From NCBI RefSeq assembly GCF_000195955.2, contig NC_000962.3, positions 3,600,001 through 3,632,000 of the forward strand: a DNA stretch of 32,000 nt, read 5' to 3'. Positions 14,457 to 24,910 of this stretch are shown here, one piece after another (positions within the stretch are counted from its first letter, which is position 1; every line of letters begins with the position of its first letter). This stretch comes from Mycobacterium tuberculosis H37Rv. GTDB lineage: Bacteria > Actinomycetota > Actinomycetes > Mycobacteriales > Mycobacteriaceae. The translations under genes and the position numbers were made by a program. The notes below the pieces were generated by a model that did not search any database, had not been told where the DNA came from, and saw only the letters and a program-made list of their open reading frames with translations.

Positions 14457-17400
14457 TCAGCGATTCAACAGTGCCATGATGTGCGGCATGGCCTCGCGGG
14501 CCGCAACGCGTCCCGCCTCGCGGGCGGCGTCGATCTGGTGAAACTCCAGCAGCCCAACAGCACCGGTGTCGGGTCTGATAACGACCTGCGCAAGACTGAG
14601 TGCGGCATCCGCCCCACGCTGGCTGCCGATTGTCATCGTGCGCATCAAGGTGTCGCCGATTCCTGGCACTTTTGGCGAGCCGTCCTGTCGAGCCGAGCCC
14701 GGCCCGCCACCACCTAAGCCGATGCTCACCGCGATCAATGGGCCATCAGGACTTGCCCGGGTCGAGACCGGAAGGTTGTCTAACACACCGCCATCCACAT
14801 GCAGTCGACCGTTGTAGACCTGGGGCGGATAGATGCCCGGCAGCCGAAGGGAACACCCAATGACATCGACGAGTCGGCCTCGGCGGTGTACGACCGGTCG
14901 GCGGGCAAGCAAATCGACGCTAACGCAACGGAACTCCTTTGGCAGCTCCTCGACCAGTCGGTCCCCGAACGCTGCTTCTAATAGGGTCAGCGTCCGTCGA
15001 CCACGGACTAGCCCCCTGACCGGAAACGCGTAGTCACTGAGCGGATTGTGCCGAATGAAGTACTCGTATGCGTAGGCGTCCGCTGTTGCCGCGTCCATAC
15101 CGCACGCTCCGAACACCGCAATAACCGCCCCCATGCTGGTGCCGGCGAACCGGTCGATGGTGACCCCGACCCGCTCTAGCTCGTCAAGAACCCCGAGGTG
15201 CGCAAAGCCGCGCGCGCCACCGCCGCCGAGGACTAGACCGATCGAGCGGCCGGCGATGCGTGCGGCGAGCGGGCGTACGTTTTCCAAGATGCGTCGGTAA
15301 TGAACCACATGAACCGATCGCGGCGTGATCAATTCCTCCCACTGACGCCGGTGCTCCCGGCTGGCGGCCGGACCGGCCAGCACGAGGTCGGCACCCCGCG
15401 CACGCGCCGGCAGCCGCGCGGCTTGTGGGTTGGGATCTCCCGCGACCAGCACTATCCGGTCGGCGACGCGCAGGCAGAAGTCCCGCCAGCCGGCATCCTC
15501 GACCGCGGCATGTAGCACTACCTTGTCGGCGACTCGCTCCGCGCGATCAAGGCCGTCGCGGTCGACCCGGCCGGGGTCAACGGCACGCAACCGCGCCGAC
15601 AGCGCGGTAAGCAGGCCAGCGGCCACTGCCGGCACGGGCGCGTCGCCGCTCACTCCGATCACCGAAACGACCACCTCAGGCGACGTCGAGTCAGTCGCCG
15701 GTGGCGGTGCCTCCCGCAGCCGCGTTGCCAGCACCTTTACCAACGCCGCCAGCGCACCATGGTCGGCGATCTCGTCGAACTGTGCCTTGGTGAGCCGCAC
15801 TAGCTTGGTGTCGCGCAACGCCCGGACCGTCGCGGACCGGGGCGCGTCAATAAGTAGCCCAAGCTCCCCGAGAACCTCCCCGCGACCCAGTTCTTTGAGA
15901 ACGATGCTGTCCTGCAGCACCTGCACGCGACCCGTGCGGATCACGTAAAGCGAATCGGACGGGTCACCTTCGTGGAAGAGATAGCAACCCGCCTCCAACT
16001 CGACGTCCTCAACGTGCTCCCCGAGCTGTGCCAAGGTGGCCGCGTCCAGGCCGGCAAATAGCGGCAGATTCCCCAGCGGATCGGCGTCACCGGCCGCCCA
16101 ATGCTCAATCGGCGCGGCCGCCGGCTGGGGAATCGGTGGCTCCAACCGCGGCGCGATCGCGGGCTCCGGCGCCGGCATCTGGACGGGGTTGCGGTTGGTT
16201 CTACCCAGCACCGCGGCCGCGACAGCCACCGCGATGAAACAGATGGCAGCCATAGCCCATCCGCGCCGCAACGCCTCCTCGGCAGTACCGTGCTCCGGCT
16301 TACCGATCAAGATCACCATCACCGCGACACCGAGCACCGCACCGAGCTGGCGAGTGGTGCTAACGACCGCCGACGAGGTGGCATAGCTGCCGCCCTTGGC
16401 GACCTCGGCCAGCGCTGCACTGCTCAACACCGGCAACGTCGCGCCGACACCGATGCCCTGCAGCAGTTGGCCCGGCAGCCACACGCGGAGGAAATCCGGC
16501 TCGGACCCGACACGCTGCAAATACCACACCAGGCTGCCGGCCCAGACCAGCGCACCAACGAGGACGATGACGCGATGCCCATGCCGACCGGCAACCCGAC
16601 CCAGCGCCGCCGCCACCACGGCAGCCACCACCGCAGCGGGCGCGATCGCGAAACCCGCCTTCAGCAGCGAGTAGTGCCACACATAGTTGAGGTAAAGCAC
16701 ATGGGTAAGGCCATAGCAGTAAAAACCCGCTGCGGCGACCAGCGTGAGCAGGTTGCCCGCCACGAACGACCGGCTACGCAACAGCGCCGGCTCGACCAGC
16801 GGCGCGGGGTGCGACCGCGAGCTGTGCACGAACCCAACCGAGGTCAGGACGCTGGCCAGGAACGAACCGACGGTGGCCACGCTCAACCAACCCCAGTCCG
16901 GCCCCTTGACCAAACCGAGGGTAACCAACCCGAGCGTTACCGCAAGCAGCAGCGCACCGCGCAAGTCAGGCATGCGGCGCCGGCCCGAGGCGCGGCTCTC
17001 GACGAGCATGCGCTTGGTGGCGATCGCCGCGACGATGCCCAGCGGAACATTGACCAGTAACACCCACCGCCAGCCGGCCCACTCCACGAGGAGCCCGCCG
17101 ATCGGCGGGCCCAGGCCAGCCGCGATCGCTGCCGCCGCACCCCACAGGCCGATAGCGTGCGCGCGGCGCGCCGCGTCGAAGCCCTCAACGACCAGTGCGA
17201 GCGAAGCAGGCACGAGTATCGCAGCCCCGATGCCCTGCAGCACCCGGAACGCCACCAACTGCTCGACACTGCCGGCGACGGCGCACAGCCCGGACGCAAT
17301 GGTGAACACCAGCACACCGGACAGGAATGTCCGTCTGCGGCCCAGCAAATCGGCCAACCTGCCGGCCGCAACCATGAAGGCGGCGAAGACGATGTTATAG

Positions 17401-17603
17401 CCGTTCAGAATCCAGGACAGGCTCCCGATGTCGTAGGACGGGAAGGAACGCTGGATATCCGGGAACGCGATGTTGACGATTGTCGAGTCGAGAAACGCCA
17501 GGAAAGCGCCGAACCCCGCTACCAGCAGAACCGACGCCGACGAAGGTCGGCGACGACGGGTGAGATTAGCGAACCCCTTGCCGCCGTGCAACGAAATGTG
17601 CAT
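14457..17603 (-). CDS. Three-module fusion: DHA2-type MFS transporter + cyclic-nucleotide-binding domain + patatin-like phospholipase (NTE-like)
   Basis: ATG 17603 gives 1048 aa; the track start GTG 17663 is equally unsupported by an SD, so the start is uncertain. The MFS region spans ~16100-17550. The cNMP domain spans ~15680-16030 (GELGLL...RSATVRA). Patatin motifs are GGGGARG at 15207-15227, GTSMG at 15129-15143 and DGG at 14787-14795. Confidence 0.88.
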   Translation of the reverse strand: MHISLHGGKGFANLTRRRRPSSASVLLVAGFGAFLAFLDSTIVNIAFPDIQRSFPSYDIGSLSWILNGYNIVFAAFMVAAGRLADLLGRRRTFLSGVLVFTIASGLCAVAGSVEQLVAFRVLQGIGAAILVPASLALVVEGFDAARRAHAIGLWGAAAAIAAGLGPPIGGLLVEWAGWRWVLLVNVPLGIVAAIATKRMLVESRASGRRRMPDLRGALLLAVTLGLVTLGLVKGPDWGWLSVATVGSFLASVLTSVGFVHSSRSHPAPLVEPALLRSRSFVAGNLLTLVAAAGFYCYGLTHVLYLNYVWHYSLLKAGFAIAPAAVVAAVVAAALGRVAGRHGHRVIVLVGALVWAGSLVWYLQRVGSEPDFLRVWLPGQLLQGIGVGATLPVLSSAALAEVAKGGSYATSSAVVSTTRQLGAVLGVAVMVILIGKPEHGTAEEALRRGWAMAAICFIAVAVAAAVLGRTNRNPVQMPAPEPAIAPRLEPPIPQPAAAPIEHWAAGDADPLGNLPLFAGLDAATLAQLGEHVEDVELEAGCYLFHEGDPSDSLYVIRTGRVQVLQDSIVLKELGRGEVLGELGLLIDAPRSATVRALRDTKLVRLTKAQFDEIADHGALAALVKVLATRLREAPPPATDSTSPEVVVSVIGVSGDAPVPAVAAGLLTALSARLRAVDPGRVDRDGLDRAERVADKVVLHAAVEDAGWRDFCLRVADRIVLVAGDPNPQAARLPARARGADLVLAGPAASREHRRQWEELITPRSVHVVHYRRILENVRPLAARIAGRSIGLVLGGGGARGFAHLGVLDELERVGVTIDRFAGTSMGAVIAVFGACGMDAATADAYAYEYFIRHNPLSDYAFPVRGLVRGRRTLTLLEAAFGDRLVEELPKEFRCVSVDLLARRPVVHRRGRLVDVIGCSLRLPGIYPPQVYNGRLHVDGGVLDNLPVSTRASPDGPLIAVSIGLGGGGPGSARQDGSPKVPGIGDTLMRTMTIGSQRGADAALSLAQVVIRPDTGAVGLLEFHQIDAAREAGRVAAREAMPHIMALLNR

Positions 17604-17681
17604 GCGCGCCGGGGCGCGGGGTGTGCCGGGAAGTGACTTCTGGGAACTGAGAAACCGATACACCCATCTGCAACCTACGCG

Positions 17682-20531
17682 CTAACGCTTCTTGACCGAT
17701 TTCGGCGGCTTGGCGCCGCGGCCTTGTCGGCGGGCGGCTTCGCGCCGCTCGCGCCGGCTAGCACCGGCCGGCACTCCGGCCGGCGTCTTGTGGGCTCCAC
17801 CGCCGTTGCGCTGCACCTGAGCCGAGCCATCCTCCGCGGGACCGGAATAGGTCAAAGCGGGCGACTCGCTGGCAACACCCTTGGCGCGTAATGCACTTGG
17901 AGCTCTTTCGCGCGCGCCACCATCGACCGCGCTGCGTTGCTGCGCGGCGGCTGCGGCCGCGGCGGCGAATTCGGCAAGCTCTGCGGGTTCGGCAGCCGGG
18001 GCAACCGGCGGGGCGGGGACCGCCTCCACGGTGACGTTGAACAGGAAGCCGACCGATTCCTCTTTCATGCCGTCGAGCATGGCCATGAACATGTCGTAGC
18101 CCTCACGCTGGTACTCGACCAACGGATCGCGCTGCGCCATCGCGCGCAGCCCGATACCCTCCTTGAGGTAGTCCATCTCGTAGAGGTGTTCACGCCACTT
18201 ACGGTCTATGACGTTGAGCAGCACGTTGCGTTCCAGCTGGCGCATCGCACCCTCGCCGGCGATTTCCTCGAGTTCGGCTTCCCGTGCGGCATAGGCACGT
18301 TCGGCGTCCTTGAGTAGTGCCTCCAGCAACTCCTCGCGGGTGAGATCGTCGCGCTCGAATTCGTGGTCCTTGCGGGTCAGCGAGTCGGCGGTGATCCCCA
18401 CCGGATAGAGGGTTTTGAGTGCCGTCCACAACGCGTCCAGATCCCAATCTTCGGCATAGCCTTCGCCGGTCGCGCCGTCGACGTAGGCGGTGATGACATC
18501 GCGGACCATGTCCAGCGCCTGGTCCTTGAGGTTTTCGCCTTCGAGGATGCGCCGGCGCTCGGCGTAGATGACCTTGCGCTGCTGGTTCATCACCTCGTCG
18601 TATTTGAGGACGTTCTTGCGGACCTCAAAGTTCTGCTGCTCGACCTGGGTCTGGGCGCTCTTGATGGCCCGGGTGACCATCTTGGCTTCGATCGGCACGT
18701 CGTCGGGCAGGTTCAGCCTGGTCAACAAGGTCTCCAAGGCCGCGCCATTGAAGCGGCGCATCAGCTCGTCACCCAGCGACAAATAGAAGCGCGACTCCCC
18801 GGGGTCCCCCTGGCGGCCGGACCGGCCACGCAACTGGTTGTCGATCCGCCGCGACTCGTGGCGCTCGGTGCCCAGCACGTACAGGCCGCCGGCCTCGATT
18901 ACTTCCTTGGCCTCCTTGCTGGCTTCCTCTTTGACGATGGGCAGTTCGGAGTGCCAGGCCGCCTCGTACTCCTCGGGCGTCTCCACCGGATCCAGGCCGC
19001 GTTCGCGCAGCCGCTGATCGGTGAGAAAGTCGACGTTGCCGCCCAGCACAATGTCGGTGCCGCGACCGGCCATGTTGGTGGCGACGGTGACGCCGCCGCG
19101 GCGGCCCGCCACCGCGATGATGGTCGCCTCTTGCTCGTGGTACTTGGCGTTGAGCACATTGTGCGGGATGCGCCGCTTGGTGAACTGCCGCGACAGATAC
19201 TCCGAGCGCTCCACGCTGGTGGTGCCGATCAGCACCGGCTGTCCCTTCGCGTAGCGCTCGGCGACGTCGTCGACCACCGCGATGTACTTGGCCTCCTCGG
19301 TCTTGTAGATCAGGTCGGACTGGTCTTCACGGATCATCGGCATGTTGGTCGGGATGCTGACCACGCCCAGCTTGTAGATCTCGTGCAGCTCGGCCGCCTC
19401 CGTCTGGGCGGTGCCGGTCATGCCGGCGAGCTTGTCGTAGAGCCGGAAGTAGTTCTGCAGCGTGATGGTGGCCAGCGTCTGGTTCTCGGCCTTGATCTCG
19501 ACGTGCTCCTTGGCCTCGATGGCCTGGTGCATGCCCTCGTTGTAGCGGCGGCCGATCAGCACCCGGCCGGTGAACTCGTCGACGATGAGCACCTCACCAT
19601 CGCGGACGATGTAGTCCTTGTCGCGGCTGAACAGCTCTTTGGCCTTCAGAGCGTTGTTGAGATAGCTGACCAACGGCGAGTTGGCGGCCTCGTACAGGTT
19701 GTCGATGCCGAGCTGGTCTTCGACGAATTCCACACCCTTCTCGTGCACGCCGACGGTGCGTTTGCGTAGATCGACCTCGTAGTGGACGTCCTTTTCCATC
19801 AGCGGCGCCAACCGGGCGAACTCGGTGTACCAGTTGGAGGCGCCGTCGGCGGGACCGGAGATGATCAGCGGGGTGCGGGCCTCGTCGATCAGGATGGAAT
19901 CGACCTCGTCGACAATGGCGTAATGGTGCCCGCGCTGCACCAGATCATCCAGTGAGTGCGCCATGTTGTCGCGCAGGTAGTCGAACCCAAACTCGTTATT
20001 GGTGCCGTAGGTGATGTCGGCGTTATAGGCCACCCGGCGTTCATCGGGTGTCATGGTGGCCAAAATCACCCCGACCTGAAGCCCGAGGAAGCGGTGCACG
20101 CGGCCCATCCACTCACTGTCGCGTTTAGCCAGGTAGTCGTTGACGGTGACGATGTGCACGCCGTTGCCGGCCAGCGCATTGAGGTAAGCGGGCAACACAC
20201 AGGTCAGGGTCTTGCCTTCACCGGTCTTCATCTCGGCAACGTTGCCCAGGTGCAGGGCGGCCGCACCCATCACCTGCACGTCGAACGGCCGCTGGTCCAG
20301 CACCCGCCAGGCGGCCTCGCGGGCCACGGCGAAGGCCTCGGGCAACAGGTCGTCGAGGGTTTCTGGGTTTTTCTGGTCGGCCAGCCGCCGCTTGAACTCG
20401 TCGGTTTTCGCCCTCAGCTCGGCGTCGGTGAGTTTCTCGACATCGTCGGACAAAGTGCCGACATAGTCGGCCACCTTCTTGAGGCGCTTGACCATGCGAC
20501 CTTCGCCAAGGCGCAGCAACTTCGACAGCAC
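17682..20531 (-). CDS. secA1: Preprotein translocase ATPase SecA (housekeeping SecA1)
   Basis: GTG start at 20531 ([17 protein letters not shown]..., the conserved SecA N-terminus), 949 aa. Walker A MKTGEGKT and Walker [12 protein letters not shown] are present. The 16 extra codons in the track are non-homologous. Confidence 0.95.
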   Translation of the reverse strand: MLSKLLRLGEGRMVKRLKKVADYVGTLSDDVEKLTDAELRAKTDEFKRRLADQKNPETLDDLLPEAFAVAREAAWRVLDQRPFDVQVMGAAALHLGNVAEMKTGEGKTLTCVLPAYLNALAGNGVHIVTVNDYLAKRDSEWMGRVHRFLGLQVGVILATMTPDERRVAYNADITYGTNNEFGFDYLRDNMAHSLDDLVQRGHHYAIVDEVDSILIDEARTPLIISGPADGASNWYTEFARLAPLMEKDVHYEVDLRKRTVGVHEKGVEFVEDQLGIDNLYEAANSPLVSYLNNALKAKELFSRDKDYIVRDGEVLIVDEFTGRVLIGRRYNEGMHQAIEAKEHVEIKAENQTLATITLQNYFRLYDKLAGMTGTAQTEAAELHEIYKLGVVSIPTNMPMIREDQSDLIYKTEEAKYIAVVDDVAERYAKGQPVLIGTTSVERSEYLSRQFTKRRIPHNVLNAKYHEQEATIIAVAGRRGGVTVATNMAGRGTDIVLGGNVDFLTDQRLRERGLDPVETPEEYEAAWHSELPIVKEEASKEAKEVIEAGGLYVLGTERHESRRIDNQLRGRSGRQGDPGESRFYLSLGDELMRRFNGAALETLLTRLNLPDDVPIEAKMVTRAIKSAQTQVEQQNFEVRKNVLKYDEVMNQQRKVIYAERRRILEGENLKDQALDMVRDVITAYVDGATGEGYAEDWDLDALWTALKTLYPVGITADSLTRKDHEFERDDLTREELLEALLKDAERAYAAREAELEEIAGEGAMRQLERNVLLNVIDRKWREHLYEMDYLKEGIGLRAMAQRDPLVEYQREGYDMFMAMLDGMKEESVGFLFNVTVEAVPAPPVAPAAEPAELAEFAAAAAAAAQQRSAVDGGARERAPSALRAKGVASESPALTYSGPAEDGSAQVQRNGGGAHKTPAGVPAGASRRERREAARRQGRGAKPPKSVKKR

Positions 20532-20609
20532 AGCTATGTCCCCGCATGTGTAGGAGTCTTTAGATAAGGCGACTCCCATGGTAGGTGACGACGCGGCGCG
20601 CGCCGCCGA

Positions 20610-21269
20610 TCACGCCAGACGGATCAAGCCGTAGTCGTAGGCGTGCCGGCGGTAGACCACCGACGGCCGTTCGGTGTCCTTGTCGTAGAACAAGAAGAAG
20701 TCGTGTCCAACCAGCTCCATCTGGTAGAGCGCGTCATCGACCGACATCGGCTTGGCCGGGTGTTCTTTGGTGCGAACGATCCGCCCAGGCTCCCGCTCGA
20801 CGACGGCACCGTCGTGATCGTGTGCCTCGGCTGGTCTGGTGTTGAAGCCGTTCTCCGGCGCTGGCACCACCGCGGTCGCCTCGGCCAGCGAAACCGGGGT
20901 TTTGTCGCCGTAGTGCACCTTGCGGCGATCCTTACCGCGGCGCAGCCGGCTCTCCAGTTTGACGACCGCTGATTCAAGCGCGGCATAGAAGCTGTCGGCG
21001 CAGGCCTCACCTCGCACCACCGGCCCTCGCCCACGCGCGGTGATCTCCACGCGCTGACAGGACTTGCGCTGGCGGCGATTACGTTCGTGGTCGAGTTCGA
21101 CGTCGAACAGGTAGATGGTCCGGTCGAACCGCTCCAAGCGGGCGAGTTTCTGCGAAACGTAGATGCGGAAGTGGTCGGGGATCTCGACATTACGGCCCTT
21201 GAACACGATCTCAGCGTTTGATTTCGGTTCGGCCAGAACCTGACCTGAATCCACGGCTAGCCTTGACAT
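20610..21269 (-). CDS. hpf: Long-form ribosome hibernation-promoting factor (HPF / S30AE family)
   Basis: The N-terminal domain (EIVFKGRNVEIPDHFRIYVSQKLARLERF) is joined by a linker to the C-terminal dimerisation domain (IVRTKEHPAKPMSVDDALYQMELVGHDFFLFYD). The start is ambiguous: ATG 21269 (used here), TTG 21278, or GTG 21254. Confidence 0.85.
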   Translation of the reverse strand: MSRLAVDSGQVLAEPKSNAEIVFKGRNVEIPDHFRIYVSQKLARLERFDRTIYLFDVELDHERNRRQRKSCQRVEITARGRGPVVRGEACADSFYAALESAVVKLESRLRRGKDRRKVHYGDKTPVSLAEATAVVPAPENGFNTRPAEAHDHDGAVVEREPGRIVRTKEHPAKPMSVDDALYQMELVGHDFFLFYDKDTERPSVVYRRHAYDYGLIRLA

Positions 21270-21569
21270 ACGTGACAACTCGTTTCTCTTTCCACGTCAC
21301 ACGCGCCCTGCGTGCCTGGCCTTCGGGGAGACGCGCCGACGGGGTGGGAGCGGTTGGAGAAGTTACCGCCGCAGGCTGCCCGCCGGAGCAAGATGTCGAT
21401 TGCTCACCTCCTATCGCGGGATACTGATTCAACCTGGGAAGCGCGAGCGTGAGTCGTTAAAGGTTGATCTCGACGTTAGCCCGTGTTCGGCTCACCGTGC
21501 CACCAAATTGACCGACCTGTTTCGAGTTCTTCACGTTGTCTTGGCAACTGCACCGGCTCAGGCAGATCC

Positions 21570-22211
21570 TCACGCGGCCGCGACCGCCAACACGGCACCC
21601 ACCCGCACACCGGCGGCCTGCAAGACCCGGACCGACTCGCGCGCCGTCGCCCCGGTGGTGATGATGTCGTCGACGAGCACGACTTCGTTGCGCGGCCGCT
21701 GGCCCCGCAACAGCACCCGACCCGTGATGTTGCGCTCGCGCGCGGACGCCCCAAGACCTACCGAGTCCCGGGCTAGCGCTCGCATCCGCAGCGCCGGGAC
21801 GACGGTGACGTCATGGTGGCGCCCAAGGGTGGCACCCGCAATCCGCGCCATCCGGCTGACGGGGTCACCCCCACGCCGTCGCGCCGCCCACCGTCTCGTC
21901 GGCGCAGGCACCATCGTCAGCGGGTTTTCGAGCATGCCCCAGGACAACAGGTGGTCGACACCGACAATCAGCGCGCACGCCAGTGGCGCGACGAGGTCGC
22001 GACGGCCGTGCTCTTTCATAGCGAGGATCGCCTGACGACGCACGCCCGCGTAGCGGCCGAGCGCGAACACCGGCACCTGTGGGTCAACACGAGGACTCAC
22101 CACGTGCGGTTCACCGGCAGCCACCGACAGCTCGGCGGCACAGGCGGCACACCAGCGGGTCGCCGGCGCACCGCAGCCACCGCATTCCAGCGGCAGGACG
22201 AGGTCAAGCAC
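21570..22211 (-). CDS. ComF-family phosphoribosyltransferase-domain protein
   Basis: GTG start at 22211 (VLDLVLPLECGGCGAP..., 213 aa). N-terminal Cys4 zinc-ribbon-like CGGCG...WCAAC and a C-terminal PRPP-binding loop VVLVDDIITTGATARE. The track extension to 22295 would overlap the upstream gene. Confidence 0.8.
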   Translation of the reverse strand: MLDLVLPLECGGCGAPATRWCAACAAELSVAAGEPHVVSPRVDPQVPVFALGRYAGVRRQAILAMKEHGRRDLVAPLACALIVGVDHLLSWGMLENPLTMVPAPTRRWAARRRGGDPVSRMARIAGATLGRHHDVTVVPALRMRALARDSVGLGASARERNITGRVLLRGQRPRNEVVLVDDIITTGATARESVRVLQAAGVRVGAVLAVAAA

Positions 22212-22248
22212 ACACCAAGTGTCGCGGTCACCGGTGACAGCAGTGCTG

Positions 22249-23091
22249 TCAATCGGCGCCGCTGCGCAGCGGCGGCCAGACAAAGCTGAGCGCACCCTGA
22301 CTCAATTGGGTAATCACGCTTTCCAGATAACGCAGCGGCAGCTCCGTTCGCCACTCCGGAAGCAACGCAGAGAGCTGCAAACAATCGGCTGCGAGGCTGA
22401 CGTCGGTGATGCGCAGCCCATGCGGCAGCTCAGGCAGTGGAACTCGGTAGGCCGGTGTCCGTGCCGGCAGTGTCCACCGCCGTTGTCCGGTGATCACGGT
22501 GCGCGGTCGCAGCCACAGTGTCGTCTGGGAGGTTGTGCCCGCCACGTCGACGTCGACCTCAAGACCTCCCCAGTCGGGCCGGCGCGCCCAGCGCAGCCGG
22601 GCCGCTCCGCTCTCGGACAACTCACCGCGCAGCTGCGGCGTCGCTTGACGGAGCACATCATCGAAAATCTCGGTCGGCAGGGCGGACGACAACTCGACGG
22701 GAGCGGCGATCACCAGCGGCGGCACACCCGGGCGGATGTGCACGTTGCGCAGGACGGCAACGGCGCTGTGCAAATGATGCTGATCCCAGCTGATGCCGCG
22801 AGCGGCCACCCGAACCTCGCCCAGCTGGCCGACGGCCAGCCCCTGCGGTTCCAGTGCCGAGTCCAGCTCGGTGACGGTCAGCACCACGTCATGGTCCCCA
22901 ATCCGAACCGTGACTTCCTTGCCGATGAGCAGCTGCTGCAAGGTGGTGAACAACGTCCGGTAGGGCGCCGCAACTGCCTGGGCGGCTCCCGCGCTGACCA
23001 GCGACATCCCGGTCGACGACCACAGCGAGGCCAGCATGTCCAAGGCACGGAAGGGATCATCCCAACGCAGCCGGGGAACTCTTGGCGACAT
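22249..23091 (-). CDS. Conserved hypothetical protein (function unknown)
   Basis: I chose ATG 23091. The 'codons' GTG AGG AGG at the track start (23109) are better read as the Shine-Dalgarno GAGGAGG, 9 nt upstream of this ATG. 280 aa with no motif I recognise. Corresponds to Rv3243c. Confidence 0.7.
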   Translation of the reverse strand: MSPRVPRLRWDDPFRALDMLASLWSSTGMSLVSAGAAQAVAAPYRTLFTTLQQLLIGKEVTVRIGDHDVVLTVTELDSALEPQGLAVGQLGEVRVAARGISWDQHHLHSAVAVLRNVHIRPGVPPLVIAAPVELSSALPTEIFDDVLRQATPQLRGELSESGAARLRWARRPDWGGLEVDVDVAGTTSQTTLWLRPRTVITGQRRWTLPARTPAYRVPLPELPHGLRITDVSLAADCLQLSALLPEWRTELPLRYLESVITQLSQGALSFVWPPLRSGAD

Positions 23092-23158
23092 CAACAAGCG
23101 CCTCCTCACTGCGAGGGTAGCCGGTGTGCTCAGGTCGCGAAAAACGCAGGCACAGCAC

Positions 23159-24910
23159 TCATCCGGGCAATACCGGCGCCGCCCCCGGCACCATCAGCCC
23201 CGGTACGTCCGCCCAGCCTGGTCGGCTTTCGACAGACGCCGAGTACATCAACACCCCTTGCGGGCCGGCGACATACACAGTCGACGGGTTGGCCGCGATC
23301 GCCGTCAGTGGAGTTTGCAACCCGCGGGACGGCGCGTCGGAGTTCACCCCGTCGAGGTTTACATAAGACACCGGATGGGCGGCGTCGGTGCGTGTCACCA
23401 CGATGTCGTCACCGGTTCGCCAGGACAACGACACCACCGAGGAACCCAGCCCGAAACCCAGCCGCCGAGGGTAGGTCAGGGCGAACTGGCCAGCCTGGGT
23501 CTGCTCGACGCCGGCGAGGATCACCTGCCCACCGATCACCATCGCGGCGCGCGTCCCGTCACGGGACAGTTGAAGATCGTTGATCGCCCCCGGGAAGCGG
23601 CTGGCCACCGCGGTCGAATCCACCGGAATCCGCGCGGGTTGCCCCGATGCCGGGTCCTGTATCGCTCGCAGCACGACGTTGGTATCGACCACCACCCAGA
23701 CCGCGTCGTCCAGCGACCAGCTGGGCCGCGACAGGCTGTGCCCGTCGGCGGACTGCACCGCCTCGCCGCCGAGGTCGCCGACCCACAAAGACGCCGCCTC
23801 ATCCGGAGCCCCGCGCCCCAGCGTCACCACCGAGGCCACCTGACGCCCGCTGCGTGATACGGCGGCCGCCGTCTGCTCCGGCATCCGTCCGAAGGCCCCG
23901 GGCACGGGGGTGACTCGCTGTGCGTCCATCGCCACCAGTGATCCGTTCACCAAGGCGTGCAACCCCGCGGCGGCACCGTCGGCCACCCCCGGGTCGGTGG
24001 CCGCGACATCGGAAGTGGTCCACCCCTCGGCAAACCTGTCTTCCAGCGGGGCGCCGTCGGCGTTGATCACGTACGGCCCCCTGATGTCGGCCCTGGCCAA
24101 GGTCCAGATGATCTGTGCGGCAAGTAATTGCCTGCTGTGCGGATCGGTGGTGGACAGCTTCTCCATGTCGACTCGCGCGCCGCCGTACCCGCGGCCGATT
24201 CCGCTCTTTCCGCCGTCGGCCCGAGTCACCGGCCCGCGCAGTCGTAGCGGCGGAGCGAGCAGATTACGCACCGTGCGCGCCATCTCCGGGCGTGGACCCG
24301 CCAGCAGTTTGGAGACGAGCTCCGTGGCCAGCTGGTCGCGGTCGGACACCGCGACGTAGCGCGGATCGGGAACCACGGTCTTGCCGGTGGGGTCGGCGAA
24401 GTACAGGGTGTTGCGCTTGTACGTTTCTTGGAACTGCTGCCAGTCCAGGAAAACCCCGTTGGGTAGGCGATCGATGCGCCAACCATCGGACGTCTTGACC
24501 AACTCGATCGGGCCCGGATCCGGCAGTTGACCCTCGGCGGTCTCAAACACCCCCACATCCGAGAGCGAGCCGAGAATGTCTGCCCGCATGGTCACCGAAA
24601 CCTTCTCGGCGCTTCGGGTTTCGACGAACACCACGTGGTCGATCAACAACGCGCTGCCGGCGTCGTCCCAGGCGTTGGAAGCCGATTCGGTGAGGAACTG
24701 ACGCGCCGCCAGGTGCCGGTTGGCCGGGTCGGCTGTGGCCTTGAGGAACTCGCGTAACAGCACGTCGGGATCCATACCCGGGCTCGGTTTGGGCAGATTC
24801 GACGGCACCGGACGTTCGACGGTTCCGATGGCTTGCGGGGCCGACGTGCTGGGCACACTGGCACAGCCGGCCAGCACTGCACCAAGGAACAACAAAATTG
24901 TCAGCCGCAT
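23159..24910 (-). CDS. lpqB: Lipoprotein LpqB (MtrAB-associated)
   Basis: The ATG start at 24910 gives the signal peptide [16 protein letters not shown] with lipobox LAGC. 583 aa. The start overlaps the mtrB stop by 1 nt (TGATG). Confidence 0.92.

Noticed and set aside
18363-19769. 468-aa plus-strand ORF antisense to secA1. Similar long antisense or shadow ORFs occur at 4231..5433(-), 12743..13747(+), 16101..17060(+), 22219..23583(+), 27400..28371(+), 28133..29068(+) and 154..708(-).
   Set aside because: Each lies entirely opposite a gene with strong, motif-level homology. Their translations are Arg/Gly/Pro/Ala/His-rich low-complexity strings, typical of stop-codon-poor antisense frames in high-GC DNA. 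None contains a recognisable domain.
20591-20606. 14-nt all-GC perfect palindrome GCGGCGCGCGCCGC just downstream of the hpf stop, and a GGAGTC/GACTCC hairpin (20553-20576) in the secA1 leader.
   Set aside because: Short GC palindromes are frequent in this genome. The stems are only 5-6 bp once a loop is allowed, and no U-tract or conservation evidence is available from the sequence alone.
21211-21432. 73-aa minus-strand ORF in the hpf leader.
   Set aside because: It overlaps the hpf start out of frame and begins at a TTG without an RBS. Its composition is low-complexity Ala/Pro/Ser/Arg, and I recognise no homology.
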